NCBI GenBank assembly: GCA_019245275.1 | Contig: JAFARW010000147.1 | Span: 1 to 35,865 of the forward strand | Length of the DNA stretch: 35,865 nucleotides | Reading direction: 5' to 3' | From: Vulcanimicrobiota bacterium | GTDB taxonomy: Bacteria; Vulcanimicrobiota; Vulcanimicrobiia; Vulcanimicrobiales; Vulcanimicrobiaceae | Shown: positions 9,135-16,834 of the stretch, one piece after another | Layout of the letters: the number at the start of each line of letters is the position of its first letter | Position numbering within the stretch: the stretch's first letter is position 1 | Notes under the pieces: model-generated | Databases searched by the model: none | What the model saw: the letters and a program-made list of their open reading frames with translations, nothing else | Told to the model about the DNA's origin: nothing | Made by a program: the position numbers and the translations under genes

Positions 9135-9860
9135 TCAGCGCCCAACTTCGAGTCGCGCTGCCAGCGCTTCCGGAAGACCGGCGGCACGAATCTTCTGCTG
9201 TACTTGCTCGATCGGGTAGTCGTAGCGCATGAATTCGACAGTGTTTTGGGCGTCATCATACCAGGCGAAGGCGGCCTTCGGATTGAGATCCCGCGGTTGA
9301 CCGACGCTCCCCGCATTGATGACGTAGCGCGCGTCCGCCGCTATTTCAAGCGAGCCACCGTTCTGCATGTGCGCGTGGTCGATCGTGCCATCGGCATTGA
9401 GCTTATAGTAATCGGCGATGTGCGTATGACCGGCGAAAATTAACCGTGCATCCGTATTCTTGAAGGCGCGCGATGCGCCGCGCTTATCGAGAATGTATTC
9501 GAAGTAATTCTTCGGGGCTCCATGCACCATCAGGTATTCCGGCGCGCGAATTTCATAGCTCAGCGTGTTGAGCCAATCGACACTCTCTTTTGAAATCGCT
9601 CTTTGAGTCCACTCGATCGCGTTACGGGCAATCGGGTTGAAATATTCGACGCCGAAGTTGTCCGTCGCCGCAACATCGTGATTCCCAAGCACCGCTTCCG
9701 TCACACGTTGGCGAATCAACGCGACGCATTCGTTCGGATTCGGACCGTAGCCGACGATGTCGCCGAGGCACAAAAGACCATCGTCCGATTTCAACATTTC
9801 GAGCATTGCGTTCAGCGATTCGAGGTTCGAATGAACGTCCGAGATGATCGCGTACCTCAT
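9135..9860 (-). CDS. Metallophosphoesterase (YfcE/MJ0936-like)
   Basis: MRYAIISDVHSN ... CLGDIVGYGPNP ... GNHD ... GHTH motifs. The ATG at 9860 overlaps the upstream TGA (ATGA). The track ORF extension to 10037 is an Arg-rich overlap. Confidence 0.85.
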   Translation of the reverse strand: MRYAIISDVHSNLESLNAMLEMLKSDDGLLCLGDIVGYGPNPNECVALIRQRVTEAVLGNHDVAATDNFGVEYFNPIARNAIEWTQRAISKESVDWLNTLSYEIRAPEYLMVHGAPKNYFEYILDKRGASRAFKNTDARLIFAGHTHIADYYKLNADGTIDHAHMQNGGSLEIAADARYVINAGSVGQPRDLNPKAAFAWYDDAQNTVEFMRYDYPIEQVQQKIRAAGLPEALAARLEVGR

Positions 9861-10951
9861 CGTGGACGCACGGCACGCAGATGCTCTGCGAATTCGGATC
9901 GTTCCGGCGCGGTACCGACCGTCACGCGAATGTAACCGTCGAGCGGCGGAGCGAACGGTTTGCGAATAAAGACGCCGCGCGCCATCAGGTCGACAATAAC
10001 CGCGTTGGCTTCTTGCGCGCTTCCATAATCGATGCAAACGAAGTTCGTGAATGACGGAATCGTCTTGCGTCCAAGCGAGCGCGCTAGGGCATAGTACTCC
10101 TCGCGTCCGCGCTCGACTTCGCCCACCACACCGGCGGCGTAAGCATCGTCAGCGAGCGCGGCGAGCGCTCCGATCTGCGCGTTGCGGTTAACGCCGTATT
10201 GAAGCCGGATCTTGCCGAATGTCTCGACGTTGCGCGGGGTCGTTACCGCATAGCCGACGCGCGCGCCGGCCATGCCGTAGGCCTTGGAGAAAGTCCGCAC
10301 GCGCATCAGGCGTGCATCGATCGTTGTCGACATGAATGAGTGCGGTGGCGCAAACTCCGCGTACGCTTCATCCAAGAGCAGCAGCGTTTGGGGCGGCGTC
10401 TTCTCGAGCAACGTTTCGATTTGTCCGCGTGTGCACATCGTGCCGCTCGGGTTGTCCGGATTGGCGACGTAGACGATTCCGGGTTGCAACTCGGCAGCGC
10501 GTTCGATCAATGCGTCGACGTCGATCGTACCATCCGGCCGATAATCGACGGTCTCTAGGCCGCCGCCGTAGCCGGTCACGTGATACGCAAACGTTGGATA
10601 CGTTCCACGTGTCGTCAGCGCGATCGAACCGGGGCCGACGAACGCGCGCACGGCGAGCCCCATCAAGTCGTCGATGCCGGACCCGATCAAGATTTCGTCT
10701 ACCTTGCAGCCCAGCCGGGCCGCCAGAGTTTCGCGCAGTTCGTAAGATTCGGGATCGCCGTACCACGAGAGTCGCGGAAGCTCGGTGGCCATCGCCGCGA
10801 TCGCCCTTGGCGAGGGGCCGAACGCGCTTTCGTTCGCGCCCAGCCGCAAGATATGCGGATGACCTCCCTCGCGCATCAGCTGCTCCGGTCCGATGAACGG
10901 CGTCATCGGCGGAATCGCTTCGATCGCCGGCGTCGCGCGCAAGATCGTCAC
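9857..10951 (-). CDS. Histidinol-phosphate aminotransferase family (class II PLP aminotransferase)
   Basis: LRLGANESAFGPSP, NPDNPSGT and TFSKAYGMAGARVGYAV (PLP lysine). GTGA overlap with the upstream stop. Confidence 0.8.
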   Translation of the reverse strand: MTILRATPAIEAIPPMTPFIGPEQLMREGGHPHILRLGANESAFGPSPRAIAAMATELPRLSWYGDPESYELRETLAARLGCKVDEILIGSGIDDLMGLAVRAFVGPGSIALTTRGTYPTFAYHVTGYGGGLETVDYRPDGTIDVDALIERAAELQPGIVYVANPDNPSGTMCTRGQIETLLEKTPPQTLLLLDEAYAEFAPPHSFMSTTIDARLMRVRTFSKAYGMAGARVGYAVTTPRNVETFGKIRLQYGVNRNAQIGALAALADDAYAAGVVGEVERGREEYYALARSLGRKTIPSFTNFVCIDYGSAQEANAVIVDLMARGVFIRKPFAPPLDGYIRVTVGTAPERSEFAEHLRAVRPR

Positions 10952-11493
10952 GGGCGTACTTGGATATGGTCCGCGACGGATTTAACGCCACCTACTGCGC
11001 GCACCGCGTCGAGCATCGTCTGCTTTACATCGCGCGATGAAACGGTCCCCGTAAGCGTAACGACGCCGGCATGCGCGCCCGTCTTCACTTTGAGGGCGTT
11101 GACGCCGGTTTGCGCAAGCAACGTGCCTTCAACTCTCGCGATCAAAGTTACGTCGGAAACAGACTCGCGAACGCTGCGAACCTTCGGATTGACCGTCGTG
11201 CGGTCGTTGACACTTCGCACGCCGCCGATCGATCGGGCCGCAGACTCAAACTCTTGGCGCACCTTTTGCGAACGGACGTCGCCGCTAAGCGTCACGACAC
11301 CATCATCGACGCCGACACTCACGGCCGCCGACGAATCGAGGTCGATCGTCGCGAGCTTACCCTTAATCGCGACCGCGAGAGCCGCATCTTTCACCTGCCC
11401 GGGAGCCGCGCTTGCCAGGTTCTGAGCCGTCCGCTGCGCATTGCCGGAGCATGCGCCGAGCGCGAGCAGCGCCACTACCAGAAAAATCTTCAC
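10948..11493 (-). CDS. BON-domain lipoprotein (three BON repeats, OsmY-like)
   Basis: Lipobox MKIFLVVALLALGACSG. Three repeats of the pattern (D/V)xxVxVxxxxGVVTLxGxVxS. Confidence 0.75.
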   Translation of the reverse strand: MKIFLVVALLALGACSGNAQRTAQNLASAAPGQVKDAALAVAIKGKLATIDLDSSAAVSVGVDDGVVTLSGDVRSQKVRQEFESAARSIGGVRSVNDRTTVNPKVRSVRESVSDVTLIARVEGTLLAQTGVNALKVKTGAHAGVVTLTGTVSSRDVKQTMLDAVRAVGGVKSVADHIQVRP

Positions 11494-11498
11494 GCCGA

Positions 11499-12746
11499 TT
11501 ATCCCCTTGTAAACGAATGGACGCGCACGGTCGTACCCTCACTGAGCCGCTCGGTATCTTCATCGATGATGATGAAACCATCGGCGCGCGCGCAAAGTGT
11601 CGTAAGCGACGAGCGTAAGGGAAGTGGATGCGCCCAAAGTTCTGATTTTTGCGAAAGCGCTACCGGGACGAACCAGGTCCAACCGCGACGGCTTTCCACG
11701 TCTTCATCCAACACCGCCTCAATCGGCCTTTCGACGACGTGCGTTCCAATCAGCGCAGCCACAATCGGCGCACCGATTGCCTCGAGGATCATCAGCGCGG
11801 AAGTTGGATTGCCCGGCAGGCCAACGATCGGTTTCCCATCGATCGCGGCGAGGACGGTCGGTTTGCCGGGCTTTACCCGGAGACCATGCACGATGACGCC
11901 CGGTTCGCCAAGCGCCGCGATTGCTTCAGGCGTCCGGTCACGTTCGCCGACTGACGATCCGCCGCTCAATACGATCGCATCGCTCGCGGCCAGCGCGCTT
12001 CGCAAGATGTCTTCCAAAGCGCCTTCGCGATCGCGGGCCGTCGGATAATGGACAACGGCGCCTCCCATCGCGCGCAGCGTCGCCGCGACCGCATAGCGAT
12101 TTGAATCCCGCACCTGACCGGGCTCCGGAACCGCTTTCGGATCCACGAGCTCGTCACCGCTCGAGATCACGGCAACTTGAGGTCGCGAGAAGACCTCCAC
12201 ACTCGCGCAGCCGAGCGTCGCCAGGACGCCGATTTCCGATGGACCGATGCGCCGACCGGCCGAGAAGACGTGCTCGCCTTCCTTTATATCTTCGCCCCGC
12301 TCCGTGATGCAGTCACCTGACTCCACACGATCTTTGACGTGAATCGTCTCCCCGTCGATGCCGACGCGCTCAAATGGAACGACGGCATCGGCGCCCGGCG
12401 GGACGACGCCACCGGTCGGGATGCGCGCGGCTTGCTGGGCGCCCACGTTTACGTGCGATTGCGCTCCCATCTGAATTTCGGCGACGATTCGCAACGTCGC
12501 AGGAGCATCACCGGCGCGAATTGCGTAGCCGTCCATCGTTGAACGAGGCATCTCCGGAACGGCGCGGTCGCTGATCGTGTCCGATGCGAGTATCCGACCC
12601 AGTGCGTGATCCAAATCGACCGCTTCAACTCGCGGAGGCAACAACGCAGCGCGCGACAAGAAAGTGATAATCGCCTGCTGCGGCGGCAGCAGGTCGCGCA
12701 CATCGAAGCCGCCTTTGCGGGATAGGACTGCGCTTCCACCTCGCAT
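11499..12746 (-). CDS. moeA: Molybdopterin molybdenumtransferase MoeA
   Basis: STMDGYAIRAGD, ARIPTGGVVPPGADAVVPFE, VISSGDELV, SGGSSVGERD and GLPGNPTSA motifs. ATG at 12746; alternatives are 12767 and 12776. The first ~170 codons of track ORF 11499..13280 are antisense to serS. Confidence 0.88.
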   Translation of the reverse strand: MRGGSAVLSRKGGFDVRDLLPPQQAIITFLSRAALLPPRVEAVDLDHALGRILASDTISDRAVPEMPRSTMDGYAIRAGDAPATLRIVAEIQMGAQSHVNVGAQQAARIPTGGVVPPGADAVVPFERVGIDGETIHVKDRVESGDCITERGEDIKEGEHVFSAGRRIGPSEIGVLATLGCASVEVFSRPQVAVISSGDELVDPKAVPEPGQVRDSNRYAVAATLRAMGGAVVHYPTARDREGALEDILRSALAASDAIVLSGGSSVGERDRTPEAIAALGEPGVIVHGLRVKPGKPTVLAAIDGKPIVGLPGNPTSALMILEAIGAPIVAALIGTHVVERPIEAVLDEDVESRRGWTWFVPVALSQKSELWAHPLPLRSSLTTLCARADGFIIIDEDTERLSEGTTVRVHSFTRG

Positions 12747-12765
12747 AATGCGGCGTTCGTTCTCC

Positions 12766-14061
12766 ATGCTTGACATTAATCTTATTCGTCGCGATCCCGA
12801 TCGCGTTCGGCGTTCGTGCGAGCGCCGCGGGATCGATCCGTCATCCGTCGATGAGATTCTTCGACTCGACGAACAGTACCGCTCGGCGCAAACGGCCGTG
12901 CAAACGCTGCTATCACAGAAAAACGCGCACTCAGCAACAATTGCTCGCGCTGATGACAAGGCGGAAGCAGCGAAGGCTCTGCGTCCGCAGCTCGATGACC
13001 TCGCCCAGCAGATCGCCGCCGCCGAGGAACGCGCCGAAATGATCTCACCGCAGCGCGCCGATTCGCCGCTGCGCGCCCTCCTGGAGAATCTGCCGAACAT
13101 CCTCGACTCCGCCGTGCCGGACGGAAAAACGGAAGAGGACAACGTTGAAGTGCGCCGAGTGGGGACGCCGCGCGCATTCGATTTTGAAGTCAAGCCGCAT
13201 TGGACCATCGGCGAGTCCCTCGGCATTCTTGATTTCGAGCGCGCAGCGAAGCTCGCCGGCAGTCGCTTTGGCATCCTCATTGGTGACGGCGCGCGGCTCT
13301 CGCGCGCACTGATCGACTTCTTTTTGGATCGAGCACGCGCGAAATCGTATGTCGAAGTCGTGCCGCCTTACTTGGTGACGCGCAGGACGATGTGGTCGAC
13401 AGGACAGTTGACGAAATTCTCGGATGCGATGTTTTGCGACCCGGAAGCAGACCTCTTCATGATCCCGACGTCTGAGGTGCCCTTGACGGCGCTTCACGGC
13501 GAGGAGATCTTGAGCATCGAAGATCTTCCGCGCAGATACGCCGCGTACTCGCCGTGCTTTCGCAAAGAAGCCGGCGCCGCAGGGAAAGATACGCGCGGCC
13601 TCATGCGCCAACACCAATTTGAGAAGGTTGAGCTCGTTTGGCTCACCGTGCCGGAGAGTTCCGGCGACGTGCTTGATTCACTGACGGCAGATGCCGAAGC
13701 GTTGTTAAGTGAACTCGAACTTTCGCATCGCGTCGTGGCATTGTGCGCGGGCGAGATCGGCTTCAACAGCGCGAAGACGTATGACGTCGAGGTTTGGATT
13801 CCGAGCGAAGGGCGCTACCGCGAAATCAGCTCATGCTCGAACTGCACCGACTTCCAAGCGCGCCGCGCGGACATCCGGTTTCGGCGCGACCCGAAAAAAA
13901 AGCCGGAATTCGTGCACACGCTGAACGGCTCGGGACTCGCTGTCGGACGTACGTTAATCGCAATCCTCGAGAACTATCAACAAGCGGACGGCAGCATTAC
14001 GATACCGCTCGCGCTGCGATCCTACTTCAACGGCGAGAAGATCGAGCGCTCAAGTACTTGA
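12766..14061 (+). CDS. serS: Seryl-tRNA synthetase
   Basis: MLDINLIRRDPDRV N-terminus, coiled-coil arm, class II motifs (FRKEAGAAGKDTRGLMRQHQFEKVE, GSGLAVGRTLIAILENYQ). ATG at 12766. Confidence 0.95.
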   Translation: MLDINLIRRDPDRVRRSCERRGIDPSSVDEILRLDEQYRSAQTAVQTLLSQKNAHSATIARADDKAEAAKALRPQLDDLAQQIAAAEERAEMISPQRADSPLRALLENLPNILDSAVPDGKTEEDNVEVRRVGTPRAFDFEVKPHWTIGESLGILDFERAAKLAGSRFGILIGDGARLSRALIDFFLDRARAKSYVEVVPPYLVTRRTMWSTGQLTKFSDAMFCDPEADLFMIPTSEVPLTALHGEEILSIEDLPRRYAAYSPCFRKEAGAAGKDTRGLMRQHQFEKVELVWLTVPESSGDVLDSLTADAEALLSELELSHRVVALCAGEIGFNSAKTYDVEVWIPSEGRYREISSCSNCTDFQARRADIRFRRDPKKKPEFVHTLNGSGLAVGRTLIAILENYQQADGSITIPLALRSYFNGEKIERSST

Positions 14062-14712
14062 GGTCGGTTCGGTGACCGAAACAGAATGCACGCCCGGCGC
14101 GGAGGCGAGCCGTTCGGCCATCGTGCGTACGTTGATGCCGCGACGCATCTGCACTCGGTAAGTCGCTTCCGTGACGTGCCCCGCACCCACCGCGCTCACC
14201 TTATAGTCTCCCTCGAGAATGTAACGCTCACCGTCGCCGGCTAACACGTTTGCGATCCCGGCTCGCGCCTGATCGTCATACGTGATGCTCACCAGTGTCT
14301 TGGACGCGAAGTATCGATCGATAGCAACATCTGAAATCGAGAGCACGATCACGGTCAGAATCGTGACGCTGATTCCGATCGTCAATGACTGCGGGCTTCC
14401 CTGGGCAATCGCGACGCCCACCGCCGCCGTACTCCAGATGCTGGCGGCAGTCGTCAAACCGTGCGCGGTTAGCCCCGATCGAAAGATCGCGCCGGCACCG
14501 ATAAAGCCGATGCCGGTGAGAACGTTGGCAGCGATGCGCGTGTCCCCGGTCAAGATGCCGATCTGAGCAAAGGCACAGCATCCGAGCGCAACGAGCAAAT
14601 GCGTGCGAAAGCCGGCGGGCTTCTGTGCCGCCTGCCGCTGCAATCCGACCGCGCCGCCGCATAATGCCGCAATCAAGAGCTGGGCGACCTCCGCCCCGGT
14701 GAACCAAGTCAT
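14050..14712 (-). CDS. MgtC/SapB family membrane protein
   Basis: LLIAALCGGAVGLQRQAAQKPAGFRTHLLVALGCCAF followed by further TM helices and a soluble C-terminal domain. The 3' end overlaps the serS 3' end by 12 nt (convergent). Confidence 0.85.
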   Translation of the reverse strand: MTWFTGAEVAQLLIAALCGGAVGLQRQAAQKPAGFRTHLLVALGCCAFAQIGILTGDTRIAANVLTGIGFIGAGAIFRSGLTAHGLTTAASIWSTAAVGVAIAQGSPQSLTIGISVTILTVIVLSISDVAIDRYFASKTLVSITYDDQARAGIANVLAGDGERYILEGDYKVSAVGAGHVTEATYRVQMRRGINVRTMAERLASAPGVHSVSVTEPTSST

Positions 14713-14755
14713 GAAATTCGTCGTTTCGACTTGACTACTGCGTCACCCACACGCG

Positions 14756-15424
14756 TTACTTTTGCTTGGGTAGTTCTTTGAACGATTGCTTTACGCGGTA
14801 TTCGCTCATCGGGTAGCGCGAGCGCAGGTTTTCCCATTGGTCGAGCAGGTCGTTGCTCAGCGGATCTTTCCGGTACCCCGTGACGCCGAGATAGTAGAGC
14901 GCTTCGGGAGCCGCGTACGTCGTTGAAAAACGCGTGAGAACATCTGCATACAGCTTTTCGGCCGCTTCAAATTCGCGCCGGCGCAGGTGGGCTTGCGCGA
15001 ATCCGCACAGTGCACGCGCGATAAACTCCGGCGGCGGCAAGAAGCCATCCCAGCGGTAGAGTTCCGCGCCGCTATCGTCCATGATTCGGATGTCAGGCGT
15101 CCAGATATGGTACATGCGTTTGAGGATCTCGACGTTTTCCTTCTTTGAATTGTCGTACTGAACGGGAATCGCATTGTCGGCGATGACTCTTATGACCGGC
15201 GGCTGTGGATACGTCACGGTATCCAGTGCTTGGCAGCCCCCTCAACCCGGGTTGAAGACGTCAACCAGAACAAATTTCGATTCTTGCCGAGCCTGCCGCT
15301 GCGCTGCATCCAAGTCGTGCATCCACTCAATCATGTGAACTCTCTTTCCCATCAGATCCACATGCCCATCGGCACCATGCTCCCTGTCAGTCTGAGCTTG
15401 TCGAAGACCATCTGGATGATCCAT
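14756..15424 (-). CDS. Thioredoxin-fold protein with TPR-like C-terminus; in-frame TGA (15244-15242) read as selenocysteine in a U-G-G-C motif
   Basis: Track ORFs 15242..15424 and 14756..15217 share one frame, separated only by one TGA plus 8 sense codons. Joined product: ...IEWMHDLDAAQRQARQESKFVLVDVFNPG-U-GGCQALDTVTYPQPPVIRVIADNAIPVQYD... A SECIS-like hairpin follows the TGA. The start is uncertain (ATG 15424, 15352 or 15334). Confidence 0.6.
15198..15241 (-). promoter_or_regulatory. Candidate bacterial SECIS element
   Basis: RNA immediately 3' of the UGA is GGGGGCUG-CCAAGCAC-UGGAUAC-CGUGAC-GUAUCCA-CAGCCGCC. Lower stem is 7 of 8 bp. An 8-nt 5' bulge follows. Upper stem is 7 perfect bp (15219-15225 with 15206-15212). 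The 6-nt apical loop contains GU and lies 24-29 nt after the UGA. Confidence 0.5.
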
Positions 15425-15469
15425 TCGGCGGATACCGCCGCCAGAAATGGTGCGCTACACTCTAAGCGT

Positions 15470-16651
15470 ATGCTTACTCGGTTCGGCGCGGCGCTCATTG
15501 CCACTCTGGCCGCGGTGAGTTTGCGACTCCCAGCGCTCGCCCAAGCTCCGTCGCCTTCGCCAACCGCGTCAACGGCGCCGAGCCCGTCACCGAGCCCCTC
15601 CCCAACTCCGACACCGCCGCTGATCCTCGGTGGAAGCTTTACGATCTTCGGCGTTCACACGAACGGCGTGAACAACACCGGCGCTCTCGACACGACGGCA
15701 GGCGCCGATCGCGCAGGTCGTTCGGACATCTCGGAGCTCTTGCTGAACGTTTCAGCCGGCGACGCGCGATTTCGAGTCACGGCGAGCGCCGGCGTCTACA
15801 ACCTGCTCACAGTTGGGACTGCGATCAACCCAACGTCGCAAACCGCCGCAAATACGCTGCTTTATTCGCAGCTGCCCGTGGCAGCCGCGCAATACAACTT
15901 CAACAGCCACTTCAGTCTGGCGGCTGGAAAATTCGCATCGCTCCTCGGTCAAGAATCGCCCTTCACCTACCAGAATATCAATGTGCAGCGCGGCCTCGCT
16001 TGGGCGATCGAGCCGACAATCAGCCGTGGCGTGCGGGCGATTTACACGAACGGTCCTTGGAACGCAACGGTTGAGGCGAACGATGCCTACTACTCAGGGC
16101 GCAACCGCGCAATCGAGTGGCTTCTGGGCTACGCGCCCAACGCAAACACGAACATTCAGTTCGCTGGGATCGTTCCGGGCGTAAACGTCGGGCCGAACCC
16201 GACGGTCACCGTCGGCAACAAAGCCGAGTACGACCTGATGCTGACGCAACAGGTCGGCAAGTTGCAGCTGCTCCCATACATCTTGTGGGTTCACTCACCC
16301 GCGTCTGCTCCGCTCGGATACACGCGCGATGAGAATGCGACGGCGGCCGTGTTGATGGGAACCTACACTTGGAGCTCGCCATTTTCGCTCGCTTTTCGCT
16401 GGGAGAGCGTTTGGAACAACAGTTCGACGGGCGACGCAAGCGGTAATGCGGACCTTGTTGGTTACGGGCCCGGCAGTTCAGCGCGCTCAATCACGCTGAC
16501 GCCGACGTATCACTTCGTCGGCTACGGCGTCCTGCGGCTCGAGTATTCACACGTTTGGATTTCATCATTTACGCCCGGCCTCGGTTTTGAAATTGGCGGA
16601 ACCGGCAGCAATCAGGATCGATTCGGCTTTGAATTGGGAGTCGTTCACTGA
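15470..16651 (+). CDS. Putative outer-membrane beta-barrel porin with Pro/Ser/Thr-rich N-terminal linker
   Basis: Signal peptide MLTRFGAALIATLAAVSLRLPALAQA, then linker PSPSPTASTAPSPSPSPSPTPTPP. Many alternating-hydrophobic strands follow, with aromatic girdle residues. The first 80 codons of track ORF 15230.. overlap the opposite-strand gene. Confidence 0.55.
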   Translation: MLTRFGAALIATLAAVSLRLPALAQAPSPSPTASTAPSPSPSPSPTPTPPLILGGSFTIFGVHTNGVNNTGALDTTAGADRAGRSDISELLLNVSAGDARFRVTASAGVYNLLTVGTAINPTSQTAANTLLYSQLPVAAAQYNFNSHFSLAAGKFASLLGQESPFTYQNINVQRGLAWAIEPTISRGVRAIYTNGPWNATVEANDAYYSGRNRAIEWLLGYAPNANTNIQFAGIVPGVNVGPNPTVTVGNKAEYDLMLTQQVGKLQLLPYILWVHSPASAPLGYTRDENATAAVLMGTYTWSSPFSLAFRWESVWNNSSTGDASGNADLVGYGPGSSARSITLTPTYHFVGYGVLRLEYSHVWISSFTPGLGFEIGGTGSNQDRFGFELGVVH

Positions 16652-16737
16652 TGCTGCTCGAGATCGCGATCGTGCTTGGCTCTCTTCTCTGTTTCGCGCT
16701 TCTTTACTATTACATCCGCGGCTGCGAGAAGATCTGA
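16651..16737 (+). CDS. 28-aa hydrophobic micro-ORF between the porin gene and kdpF
   Basis: MLLEIAIVLGSLLCFALLYYYIRGCEKI. The ATG overlaps the porin TGA (TGATG), and the stop lies 4 nt before the kdpF ATG. Single TM-like helix. Below the ORF-track size cutoff. Confidence 0.4.
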   Translation: MLLEIAIVLGSLLCFALLYYYIRGCEKI

Positions 16738-16741
16738 CGCG

Positions 16742-16831
16742 ATGAAGTTTGACGATATTCTCGGTTTGGTTTTGACGCTCGCCGGCATGGCGTATCTGCT
16801 CTACGCGATGTTGCGGCCGGAGAGGTTCTAA
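16742..16831 (+). CDS. kdpF: K+-transporting ATPase subunit F
   Basis: 29 aa MKFDDILGLVLTLAGMAYLLYAMLRPERF. It carries the characteristic KdpF C-terminal LLYAxLRPExF and lies 3 nt upstream of the kdpA GTG. Confidence 0.85.
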   Translation: MKFDDILGLVLTLAGMAYLLYAMLRPERF

Positions 16832-16834
16832 GAA

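Noticed and set aside
11071-12048. 325-aa plus-strand ORF, with 10580..11425 nearby
   Set aside because: Both are antisense to the moeA, BON and aminotransferase genes. They are low-complexity Arg/Ser/Ala-rich translations, so they are treated as shadow ORFs.
12747-13280. N-terminal extension of the moeA ORF
   Set aside because: It is antisense to serS and Ser/Arg-rich. MoeA homology starts near 12700-12746.
15230-15469. N-terminal 80 codons of the porin ORF
   Set aside because: It is antisense to the thioredoxin-fold gene. A clean signal peptide starts at the ATG at 15470.
15334-15469. Possible c-di-AMP (ydaO-type) or other riboswitch, or a clear promoter, upstream of the porin-kdp operon
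   Set aside because: No recognisable conserved riboswitch core was visible by eye. Only a short GGCGG-AUA-CCGCC hairpin and a weak -10-like TACACT (15456-15461) with no convincing -35 were seen. A covariance-model scan would be needed, so nothing is claimed.
15547-15620. Repetitive CCG/TCG/AGC-rich DNA
   Set aside because: It is simply the coding sequence of the Pro/Ser/Thr linker of the porin-like protein. It is an imperfect codon-level repeat, not a CRISPR array or a satellite.
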